From NCBI GenBank assembly GCA_043804515.1, contig JAZDIZ010000004.1, forward strand, positions 1 through 22,552: a stretch of 22,552 bases of DNA. The letters are read 5' to 3'. The notes beneath the pieces are model-generated. The model worked only from the letters and a program-made list of their open reading frames with translations. It was not told the origin of the DNA and ran no database searches. This document shows, one piece after another, positions 1-6,990 of the stretch; position 1 is the first letter of the stretch, and the number at the start of each line of letters is the position of its first letter. The DNA is from Pseudomonadota bacterium (GTDB lineage: Bacteria > Bdellovibrionota_G > JALEGL01 > DATDPG01). Made by a program: the position numbers and the translations under genes.

Positions 1-1
1 T

Positions 2-232
2 CGTCAGTTTCCGCAGGAGCTACGAAGATCGGCGCGGCGAAAGCTTCTTTATTTACATGAAGCCGCTGACTTGCGTGATCTCCGGGTACCTCCGGGAAAT
101 CGCCTCGAAGCTCTGAAAGGGAGATGGAAAGGCTTCCATTCGATTCGGATCAACGACCAATGGCGGGTCGTTTTCAAGTGGACGAACGGAAATGCCTTTG
201 AGGTACAAGTTGTGGATTACCACAGGGGATAG
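2..232 (+). CDS. higB: HigB/RelE-family toxin (5'-partial, begins before window)
   Basis: Absent from the ORF track. Frame 2 reads RQFPQELRRSARRKLLYLHEAADLRDLRVPPGNRLEALKGRWKGFHSIRINDQWRVVFKWTNGNAFEVQVVDYHRG*, with HigB motifs PPGNRLE.LKG, SIRINDQWR and VDYH. Lies directly upstream of higA. Confidence 0.93.
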   Translation, partial: RQFPQELRRSARRKLLYLHEAADLRDLRVPPGNRLEALKGRWKGFHSIRINDQWRVVFKWTNGNAFEVQVVDYHRG

Positions 233-247
233 GAAAGGAAGCCAGGA

Positions 248-514
248 ATGAAGAGTCCAAAGAATCCATTTCATCCGGGTGAGATGCTCCTGGAGGAATT
301 CCTCAAACCCGCCGGGATGACCCAACTGGAGTTCGCCGGGAAGGTCGGATGGACCCCGGCGCGCCTCAAGGAATTGATTAAAGGCAAGCGAGGCGTCACG
401 GCGGACGCCGCCCTCGATCTCGCCAAGGCGCTGGGAACTTCGCCCAAACTGTGGATGAATCTCCAGGCCACCTTCGATCTCGATCTAGCCCAGAAGCGCA
501 GAAAGGAGGCATGA
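248..514 (+). CDS. higA: HigA-family addiction-module antitoxin (XRE HTH)
   Basis: Motifs HPGEMLLEEFLKP, KRGVTAD.ALDLAKALGTSPKLWMNLQ; AGGA-rich RBS; follows higB. Confidence 0.93.
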   Translation: MKSPKNPFHPGEMLLEEFLKPAGMTQLEFAGKVGWTPARLKELIKGKRGVTADAALDLAKALGTSPKLWMNLQATFDLDLAQKRRKEA

Positions 515-542
515 GAAACTCGTGGTTAAGCGAAAGCGTGCC

Positions 543-634
543 AGGTACCTGCTTCCTTTACAGCGATACGCCGCGCTACGCCGACACCAGGTAAATTCTG
601 GGTATCAATGGGTATCAAAAGGAAGTAGGTACCT
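543..634. repeat. 17-bp inverted repeat pair between convergent higA and CYTH genes (MITE/REP-like or terminator)
   Basis: AGGTACCTGCTTCCTTT (543-559) and AAAGGAAGTAGGTACCT (618-634) are 16/17 complementary; internal tandem TGGGTATCAA x2 at 599-618. Confidence 0.6.
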
Positions 635-643
635 TGTTCGGAT

Positions 644-1153
644 TCATCCCTTCCACAGCATCTCTCGATACGAACCGGAGATCAACGCATCGGCCTCAAC
701 CCCGAACTCCGACAAGAGCCGATTCACTTTTGAACGCGCATTTTCCTCTTCTTCCGCGCGTCCATAAACGGCTTCAATTTCGAGGAACGATCCGAGGTTC
801 CTTACTTCATCCAAGTGGATTCTCACATTGTCAATCAGGTATATCGAGCGCTGTTTTTCGACCACAACCTCGATCCCGAGAATTTCGCCAAGCAGAGCCT
901 TCACGGCCCCGACATCCTGGATCTGAATGACCTGATAATCGCTGATCTTCGGGCCGGCTATATCAGCCCGAAGATAGGGGATCAGCTCCGCGCGCTTCCC
1001 GTCGATTTCCCGTATTTTGAGCCGCCCGGACCGGGTGGCAAAGTAGGTGTCGATTTGATGCTGCACACCGTCTAAGCAAGCTCCCAACCTTTCAGCACAG
1101 GCCTTGCCCTTCTCAAGGTCGGGATAGACACACTTGATTTCGACATTTGGCAT
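644..1153 (-). CDS. cyaB: CYTH-domain protein (class IV adenylate cyclase-like / triphosphate tunnel metalloenzyme)
   Basis: N-terminal NVEIK, QIDTYF, RLKIRE, V.K.R.IY, RIHLD.V.NLGSFLEIE and SY motifs. Confidence 0.88.
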   Translation of the reverse strand: MPNVEIKCVYPDLEKGKACAERLGACLDGVQHQIDTYFATRSGRLKIREIDGKRAELIPYLRADIAGPKISDYQVIQIQDVGAVKALLGEILGIEVVVEKQRSIYLIDNVRIHLDEVRNLGSFLEIEAVYGRAEEEENARSKVNRLLSEFGVEADALISGSYREMLWKG

Positions 1154-1154
1154 T

Positions 1155-1176
1155 CGCCTTCGCCAGGCCTACGGCG
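1155..1176 (+). repeat. REP-like palindromic element, copy 1
   Basis: CGCCTTCGCCAGGCCTACGGCG, 18/22 identical to 2092-2113; overlaps the NTPase stop codon. Confidence 0.5.
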
Positions 1177-1891
1177 TAACGAATCGTCCCTTGTTGGCTT
1201 TCTTTTCGACCACTTCAATTTTGGGGGGTTCTTCTTCAATTAGTGTGCCTTGCACTCTTTGCTCGCGAGCCGCTTCCTCCTGAGCTCTGCGAACTTCCTC
1301 ATCCTTTCGAATGGCCCCGATCATGGAGAGAATCTGAAGGGGGATGTGGTCGTCGTACCGATTGATGATGGTGTAGTTGAGTTCCAGACGCTCCAGGATT
1401 TCCAAGGTCTTAAAATGCAGGCCTTCCGCCTGCTTCTCATCTTCATTTCGTCCGAACGATTCGAAGCGAGTCAATTTTCGGCAGACGAGATAGTGCGTGT
1501 AGCGGCGTTTCTCCTTCACCGCCAAATCAAAAAGCGTTCGCGCGATCTCGCTGTCGTTTCCATGATAAAAAGCCGAATAGACCGCGCTGATGATGAGCGG
1601 GGCCTCACAGATGAGAATGTCGAACTCCGAAGGATAGATGTCTTCCAGCTCTTTTTGCTCCCGGAACTTCTGAATCTCGAACTCTGGAGGAGAGAAATCG
1701 GTGCCCTTGTAGACGTGCCATTTCGCGACCTCCGGAACGGAGTCCGCCCGGAAAGAGAAGAGCTTGCTGAAGTAAAGAAGCCCTGAAGCCAAGGTGGATT
1801 TTCCCGACCCAGGGGCCCCCAGAATCGCCAACCGTAAGGGCTCGGTTTTATTCGGGACATAGCCACCGGTCAGATGGACAAATGATCTCAT
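1169..1891 (-). CDS. P-loop NTPase / nucleotide-kinase-like protein (AAA_28, NadR/Ttd14-like)
   Basis: Walker A GAPGSGKST, VPEVAK segment, ILICEAPL strand, FGRNEDE motif. Start reassigned to ATG at 1891, which has AGAGGAG just upstream; the longer ORF to 2119 runs through repeat DNA. Confidence 0.78.
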   Translation of the reverse strand: MRSFVHLTGGYVPNKTEPLRLAILGAPGSGKSTLASGLLYFSKLFSFRADSVPEVAKWHVYKGTDFSPPEFEIQKFREQKELEDIYPSEFDILICEAPLIISAVYSAFYHGNDSEIARTLFDLAVKEKRRYTHYLVCRKLTRFESFGRNEDEKQAEGLHFKTLEILERLELNYTIINRYDDHIPLQILSMIGAIRKDEEVRRAQEEAAREQRVQGTLIEEEPPKIEVVEKKANKGRFVTP

Positions 1892-2067
1892 AAAACTCCT
1901 CTTCGATGACGCAACGAGGTTCTTATTGCACGCTCGTCGTCGCATGCAAAGACCAATTTTGCTCCGTCGACAACGCGAAGGTCGAACAGTCGCTCCAAGA
2001 CTGGGCCTGACCGGGCAACTCTGAAGGCTGGCAACAAGAACTAAGCCGCCGGAAGGGAACGGCGCCA

Positions 2068-2128
2068 GGTCCAAAACTCGTCCACTCCGCCCGCCTTCGC
2101 CGAAGCTACGGCGAGGCAAGCCCCGCCA
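2068..2128 (+). mobile_element. Degenerate tRNA-Asp-like 3' end (att-site relic) interrupted or followed by a REP-like element
   Basis: GGTCCAAAACTCGTCCACTCCGCC resembles the tRNA-Asp T-arm/acceptor end GGTTCGAGTCCCGTCCACTCCGCC(A) (19/24 against a recalled consensus); GCCCCGCCA follows the REP. Confidence 0.4.
2092..2113 (+). repeat. REP-like palindromic element, copy 2
   Basis: CGCCTTCGCCGAAGCTACGGCG(AGGC); stem TCGCCG/CGGCGA extended by GCC/GGC. Confidence 0.6.
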
Positions 2129-2177
2129 TTTGATGCTCTACTCGAACCGAATGTCCAACCGTAAAGAGGTTCGTCGG

Positions 2178-2870
2178 TTAACCTGGGAAGCCCAAGAACT
2201 GTCTCCAGCTCAGGTAGGCCCCAATGGCCAAAAAGGTGACTCCGGTGAGCCATTTTCCCCATCGCTCGACCCAGATGAGGATGTCGAGCAGTCTTCCCAC
2301 GTACTTTGCGCCGAAAGCGAGCAGAGTTGCGATCATTACAACGGGCAAAGCTGTTCCAATTCCGTACAGCGTCGGAAGAATCACGGGCGACTGATTCGTG
2401 GTCGCTAGAGGGATCAGGCTGCCGAAATAGAGCCCCGCGGACACGGGGCAGAAAGAGAGAGCAAAGACGAACCCCAGGAAGCCTACACCCCACAGCCCCC
2501 GTGCCTTGGCTTTGTGAAAAAATCTTTCGCTCGGGCTCCAGGACGGCAATGGAATCCGAATCCAACCGAGGACGATGAAACCGATGAGAATGAGCAACGG
2601 GCCGAGAACCTGGTTCATCCGCCGTTGGAGAAACCACGCAACCGCAGGGATCTGAAGCAGGCCCGCGACAAGGAGCACCCCAAGGAGAACGTACGCTGCG
2701 ACACGCCCCAGAGTGTAGATCAGCCCGCTGACGAGAATCCTTTTTGAGGAGGTCACCTCACGCCCGATAAAGGAGACCGCCGCAATGTTGGTTGCCAGCG
2801 GGCACGGGCTGATGGAGGTCAGAATCCCCAACCAGAGCGCGGTGGCCGCACCGACAACGATTGCGATCAA
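2178..2870 (-). CDS. arsG: ArsG-family / CcdA(DsbD_2)-like membrane protein
   Basis: LWLGILTSISPCPLATNIAAVSFI and FALSFCPVSAGLYFGSLIPLA (two CP motifs), about 7 TM segments. Likely TTG start at 2870 overlapping the upstream TGA (TTGA). Confidence 0.8.
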   Translation of the reverse strand: MIAIVVGAATALWLGILTSISPCPLATNIAAVSFIGREVTSSKRILVSGLIYTLGRVAAYVLLGVLLVAGLLQIPAVAWFLQRRMNQVLGPLLILIGFIVLGWIRIPLPSWSPSERFFHKAKARGLWGVGFLGFVFALSFCPVSAGLYFGSLIPLATTNQSPVILPTLYGIGTALPVVMIATLLAFGAKYVGRLLDILIWVERWGKWLTGVTFLAIGAYLSWRQFLGFPG

Positions 2871-3292
2871 GAACGGCCCCCCAAATACTGCCTCACCTCC
2901 TCCACGACGTATTGCTTGTATGCTTTCTCGTTCCCCACAAGCTCCCAAATTTTTGCCAGGTTCTTCCAGCGTTTCTGCGTCCCGTCAGCCACATCCGCCA
3001 TCACAAGTGACCTCGTGAAGAGCTGGTAATCCTTCACAAAGTGCTTGTTGTCTTTGTCTTCGACGTTGATCGCCTGCCAGACCAGGGTTCCGTTCTTGAT
3101 CTCCTTGGAGAAGCTCGCCTGAATCGCCTCGTGGGCGAGGGTTTCAAGCTTGTGGCACGTGACACAACGAAAGGAACCGTGGAAGTAGTAAACGCGCACA
3201 ACGTGCGACCCGACGGGACTCTTGGCCGTTACGAGCGGCGCACTCGCCAGAACAACCAAGACCGTCATCAAGACAACGCCTATTCGATTCAT
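2867..3292 (-). CDS. arsF: ArsF-family exported thioredoxin-like protein
   Basis: Signal peptide, VYYFHGSFRCVTC (CxxC), NKHFVKDYQL.TRSLV and WKNL.KIWELV motifs. Confidence 0.8.
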   Translation of the reverse strand: MNRIGVVLMTVLVVLASAPLVTAKSPVGSHVVRVYYFHGSFRCVTCHKLETLAHEAIQASFSKEIKNGTLVWQAINVEDKDNKHFVKDYQLFTRSLVMADVADGTQKRWKNLAKIWELVGNEKAYKQYVVEEVRQYLGGRS

Positions 3293-3311
3293 TCCGATTC
3301 CCCCTTTCCGG

Positions 3312-3563
3312 TCAGCCGTTCTTGGCTGCCGACGTCATAATCCAGGAGACAATCTCCGACGTGGCGGGGATTCGACCGCTCGCTTTCACCTCGCCGTCCA
3401 CCACAAGCGCAGGCGTCATCATCACACGGAATTTCATGATTTCAGCCATGTTCTCCACCTTCTCCAGCTCCACCGCCATACCCGAGGCCGCCACGGCTTT
3501 CTCGGTCTCGGCGTAAAGCTTCTTGCACTTTGCGCATCCCGTTCCCAACACCTGGATCTTCAT
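3312..3563 (-). CDS. arsE: Small redox-active disulfide protein (MTH895/ArsE-family thioredoxin)
   Basis: MKIQVLGTGCAKC (CxxC), VMMTPALVVDGEVK.SGRIP; AGGAGGA-like RBS. Confidence 0.87.
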   Translation of the reverse strand: MKIQVLGTGCAKCKKLYAETEKAVAASGMAVELEKVENMAEIMKFRVMMTPALVVDGEVKASGRIPATSEIVSWIMTSAAKNG

Positions 3564-3571
3564 CGTTCCTC

Positions 3572-5029
3572 CTATAAGAGCAGGTTAAACACATATCCGA
3601 CCACCATGATTCCCGCGCCCACGACCGACGCGAATGTCACGATGAGCGGGACCTTCAGAACTTTGCGTAAGATGATCATTTCCGGAAGCGACAGCCCGAT
3701 GACCGACATCATGAATGCCAAAGCGGTGCCCAACGCCGCCCCCTTACCCAACAGCGCTTGCAACACAGGAATAATCCCCGCTGCGTTGGAATACATGGGA
3801 ATGCCGATCAGGACGGCGAGCGGGACCGACCACCAGGAACCCTTGCCCATGATGGAAGCCATAAAGTCCTGCGGCACATAGCCGTGAATCCCCGCACCCA
3901 CTGCAATGCCGACCAGGACATAGGGCCACACTTTTCCAACGATCTCTTTCACGGCGTCGCGACCGAATCTCGTCCGATCCTCCCAAGTCACTTTGGTCTC
4001 GACTCCCCCGGAACCCTGCTGTACCGCGTTTTCCGTCGTTTTGTAGACCCATTCCTCGACCCACCTTTCCAAGTAGAGCCGCCCGATGACCCATCCGGAC
4101 ACCATCGCGATGATCAACCCGGTGCCCAGGTAGAGCGCGGCGACCTTCCAACCGAATAGGCCGAGGAGGAGCACCAGCGCTACCTCGTTGACCATGGGAG
4201 CGGCGATCAGGAACGAGAAGGTCACCCCCAGAGGCACGCCGCTGGTCACGAAGCCGATAAAGAGCGGCACGGCGGAGCAGGAACAGAACGGCGTCGGGAT
4301 CCCCAAGATCGCGGCTAGAATGTTGCCGACCGTCTCCCGCTTCCCGGCGAGGATCCGGCGTGTGCGTTCAGGTGTGAAGAACGAACGCAAAACCCCCACA
4401 CCGAATACCACCAAGGCGAGCAGCATAAGGACTTTTGGAGCTTCAAAGACGAAGAACTCAACGGCAGCGGCCGGATGGCTGCCCGCAGACATTTCAAGCA
4501 CGTCATATGTGAGGAGCTTGGCGCAAACATCAAGATGGCGATAGACCGCCCACCATAAAACGACACCCAAACAGATAAGGAGTGCCTGCTGCCATCGTCG
4601 TGCTGGCTGGGTGTTAACTTCGAGAAACGCTTCAATCCGCTGGCGCAGTTCGTCCCGTGTCTTTCGGAAAACGTTCAGCCGATCCTCTTCCGAGCCTGTC
4701 ACAGCGGCGGGATCGGGGAGGGCCCAGTGCAATCGCCGGGCTTTGCCCAATAAAACCGGACACTCCTCCTCGGCACAGAGGGTGATGACGGTATCCACCT
4801 GGCCGGCGGGTACCTCGGCTACCGCTTTGGAATGATGCCCCGAAATATCGATCCCGATCTCCTTGAGGACGGTGATCGCCTCCGGCCGGACGGAGGTCGG
4901 CCTCGATCCGGCGGACCAGACCGGGACGGAGAGAGGCAAGAGAGAACGGGCGATTCCTTCCGCCATCTGGCTCCGGGCGGAGTTCGCGACGCAAAGAAAT
5001 AAGATCCCACGGTTAGTCACGGGTGGCAT
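3572..5029 (-). CDS. arsP: Fusion of LMW-PTPase-type arsenate reductase ArsC (N-terminal ~137 aa) with ArsP-family permease
   Basis: ArsC part: [17 protein letters not shown] (Cx5R), [19 protein letters not shown]...RDE. ArsP part: [38 protein letters not shown]. One uninterrupted frame. Confidence 0.9.
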   Translation of the reverse strand: MPPVTNRGILFLCVANSARSQMAEGIARSLLPLSVPVWSAGSRPTSVRPEAITVLKEIGIDISGHHSKAVAEVPAGQVDTVITLCAEEECPVLLGKARRLHWALPDPAAVTGSEEDRLNVFRKTRDELRQRIEAFLEVNTQPARRWQQALLICLGVVLWWAVYRHLDVCAKLLTYDVLEMSAGSHPAAAVEFFVFEAPKVLMLLALVVFGVGVLRSFFTPERTRRILAGKRETVGNILAAILGIPTPFCSCSAVPLFIGFVTSGVPLGVTFSFLIAAPMVNEVALVLLLGLFGWKVAALYLGTGLIIAMVSGWVIGRLYLERWVEEWVYKTTENAVQQGSGGVETKVTWEDRTRFGRDAVKEIVGKVWPYVLVGIAVGAGIHGYVPQDFMASIMGKGSWWSVPLAVLIGIPMYSNAAGIIPVLQALLGKGAALGTALAFMMSVIGLSLPEMIILRKVLKVPLIVTFASVVGAGIMVVGYVFNLLL

Positions 5030-6107
5030 ATTTCACGGATTCAATGTTCGCGTTTTCAGCCGGGTAAAAGCGCTTCCGGAGCCGGAGCGCGACGTTCACC
5101 AAGGCGATCAATACCGGCACTTCGACCAAAGGCCCGATCACCGCTGCAAAGGCTGCACCGTGATTGATTCCGAAAGTGGCAATGGCCACCGCGATGGCCA
5201 ACTCGAAGTTGTTCGATGCAGCGGTGAAGGAAAGAGTCGCCGCTTGGCCATAGGTCGCGCCCACCTTCTTGCTCATGAAGAAAGAGACAAAGAACATGAC
5301 GACGAAATAGATCAGGAGCGGGATCGCGATCCGTACCACATCGAACGGAAGCTGCACGATGTACTCACCCTTGAGCGAGAACATCACCACGATCGTAAAA
5401 AGCAGGGCGATGAGCGTGATCGGACTGATCTTCGGGATAAATTTATCGTGATACCAGGTCTTGTCCTTCCACTTGATCAGCACAAAGCGCGTAGTCAGCC
5501 CGGCGAGAAACGGAATCCCCAGGTAGATGAAGACGCTTTTGGCGATTTCCCCGATGGTCACATGAACCGTCACGCCTTTGAGACCGAACCAGGTCGGCAA
5601 TACGGTGATGAACACGTAAGCGTAGACGGAAAAAAAGAGAACCTGGAAGATCGAGTTGAAAGCCACAAGACCCGCGCAGTACTCGGTGTCGCCCTCGGCC
5701 AGGTCGTTCCAGACGATGACCATCGCGATACACCGCGCCAGACCGATCATGATCAACCCGACCATGTATTCGGGCTTGTCGTGCAGGAAGAGAACGGCGA
5801 GACCGAACATCAGGATCGGCCCGATGATCCAGTTCTGGACCAGGGAAAGCCCGAGGACTTTGAAGTTCTTGAAGACCGGCCTCATATCCTCGTAGCGAAC
5901 CTTGGCCAACGGCGGGTACATCATCAGAATGAGGCCGATGGCGATGGGGATCGACGTGGTTCCAACGCTCAGGCGATGCAGCGCCGGGACAACGCCGGGA
6001 ACCAAGTATCCGAGAAACACCCCGAATCCCATGGCAAGAAAGATCCAGAGCGTGAGAAAGCGGTCCAAGAACGAAAGCGCTGCAAAGGCTCCTGATTTCA
6101 CTCTCAC
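5013..6107 (-). CDS. acr3: ACR3-family arsenite efflux transporter
   Basis: [70 protein letters not shown] start overlaps the merR stop (GTGA). Confidence 0.96.
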   Translation of the reverse strand: MRVKSGAFAALSFLDRFLTLWIFLAMGFGVFLGYLVPGVVPALHRLSVGTTSIPIAIGLILMMYPPLAKVRYEDMRPVFKNFKVLGLSLVQNWIIGPILMFGLAVLFLHDKPEYMVGLIMIGLARCIAMVIVWNDLAEGDTEYCAGLVAFNSIFQVLFFSVYAYVFITVLPTWFGLKGVTVHVTIGEIAKSVFIYLGIPFLAGLTTRFVLIKWKDKTWYHDKFIPKISPITLIALLFTIVVMFSLKGEYIVQLPFDVVRIAIPLLIYFVVMFFVSFFMSKKVGATYGQAATLSFTAASNNFELAIAVAIATFGINHGAAFAAVIGPLVEVPVLIALVNVALRLRKRFYPAENANIESVKYATRD

Positions 6108-6535
6108 GTCACCCTCCCTCTTGGCGTTCCAGTCTCAAAACAGTCGAGGACCCTGCAACAGGTTGCTGAAAGGTCCCTCGCTTCGACCGTTGCCGACAGT
6201 TTTCTCAGCGAAACTCTCATGCGCTGGAGGTCCCTGATCTTTGCTTCCACCTCGGCGAGCTTTGCGTCGGCTTTTGACTTCAAATCCCCGCAAGTGCCTC
6301 TGGGGCTTACGTTGAGTTCGAGAAGCTCCTTGATCTCTTTGAGAGTGAATCCGATTTCCTGCGCCCGCTTTACGAACGCGATTCTCCGCTTGTCATCCGG
6401 TGCATACTGCCGGAATCCCGTGCCTTTGGGCGGTTTTCGGATGATCCCCTTCCGCTCGTAGAAACGGACCGTTTCCACGCTGACAGCGGTTTGTTTTGCA
6501 AGGTCACCAATCGTGAACTTCCGCTTTGAAGACAT
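6104..6535 (-). CDS. merR: MerR-family metal(loid)-responsive transcriptional regulator
   Basis: TIGDLAK...[30 protein letters not shown], coiled coil; Cys at 82, 126, 127 and 132. Confidence 0.93.
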   Translation of the reverse strand: MSSKRKFTIGDLAKQTAVSVETVRFYERKGIIRKPPKGTGFRQYAPDDKRRIAFVKRAQEIGFTLKEIKELLELNVSPRGTCGDLKSKADAKLAEVEAKIRDLQRMRVSLRKLSATVEARDLSATCCRVLDCFETGTPRGRVT

Positions 6536-6541
6536 GGCTGT

Positions 6542-6573
6542 ATGATAAACCCTGTACTAAGGTACGGGGTCAA
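6542..6573 (-). promoter_or_regulatory. MerR-type promoter/operator with 20-bp spacer
   Basis: Minus strand TTGACC-CCGTACCTTAGTACAGGGTT-TATCAT; dyad ACCCTGTAC-N4-GTACGGGGT (6549-6570, 8/9 complementary), resembling the mer operator CCGTAC-N4-GTACGG. Confidence 0.88.
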
Positions 6574-6582
6574 GAGTGAATA

Positions 6583-6840
6583 ATTCCCAATCTGGCGAAG
6601 TGAGAAACCCTGTGTACGAAGAGCCCTGACCTGCTTGGCAACTTCGCGCTTCCCCAAGTGCGGCACCGTCCGGCCGTTCCGGTTCTGCTCTCCCCACGCC
6701 GATCAGCCCTTCCTGAACCTGAAGCGCCCTGGCTTGACCAGTTCGACTCCAGCCTGCTTGAGGTACTTCAGAACGGCCGCCCGTGCGTAGCCGCTCAGCT
6801 TAGCAATATCCCGTCTCGATGGGTCCTGTTGAACGTACAT
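6583..6840 (-). pseudogene. Decayed HTH + recombinase-type DNA-binding protein
   Basis: One frame reads MYVQQDPSRRDIAKLSGYARAAVLKYLKQAGVEL...RKG*SAWGEQNRNGRTVPHLGKREVAKQVRALRTQGFSLRQIG, with an internal TGA at 6703-6705 and truncation at the merR promoter. Confidence 0.6.
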
Positions 6841-6923
6841 CCGGGCCCATTCTTGCTGCTGGACACGGGGGCACGATCCTGGATATTTCCTATTGTTACA
6901 AGAACTTGTATTGTTGGACAGAG

Positions 6924-6954
6924 GGGTTCGGGTACTGCACCGTCCGCCCCGCCA
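6924..6954 (+). mobile_element. tRNA-Asp-like 3'-end fragment (attR-like)
   Basis: GGGTTCG...CCGTCCGCCCCGCCA ends in CCA like a tRNA-Asp acceptor end; adjacent to the recombinase relic; shares GCCCCGCCAT with 2120-2129. Confidence 0.5.
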
Positions 6955-6990
6955 TAAAAACTCATGTCACCTAAGAACGATGGTTCGTGC

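Noticed and set aside
53..325. 90-aa minus-strand ORF
   Set aside because: Antisense shadow of higB/higA.
1892..2119. N-terminal extension of the NTPase ORF
   Set aside because: Runs through repeat/att DNA; a strong RBS marks ATG 1891.
2040..2128. Possible intact tRNA ending in CCA
   Set aside because: No D-arm, anticodon arm or matching 5' acceptor strand; only a 3' relic. The same holds for 6924-6954.
4863..6095. 410-aa plus-strand ORF
   Set aside because: Antisense shadow of acr3, typical of GC-rich membrane-protein genes.
6104..6573. Mercury-resistance operon
   Set aside because: Despite the mer-like operator, there is no merT/P/C/A and the Hg ligand C117 is missing.
6703..6705. In-frame TGA as selenocysteine or alternative genetic code
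   Set aside because: TGA terminates several clear genes here (higA, merR, arsF, GT2) and the ORF is also truncated; pseudogenisation is simpler.
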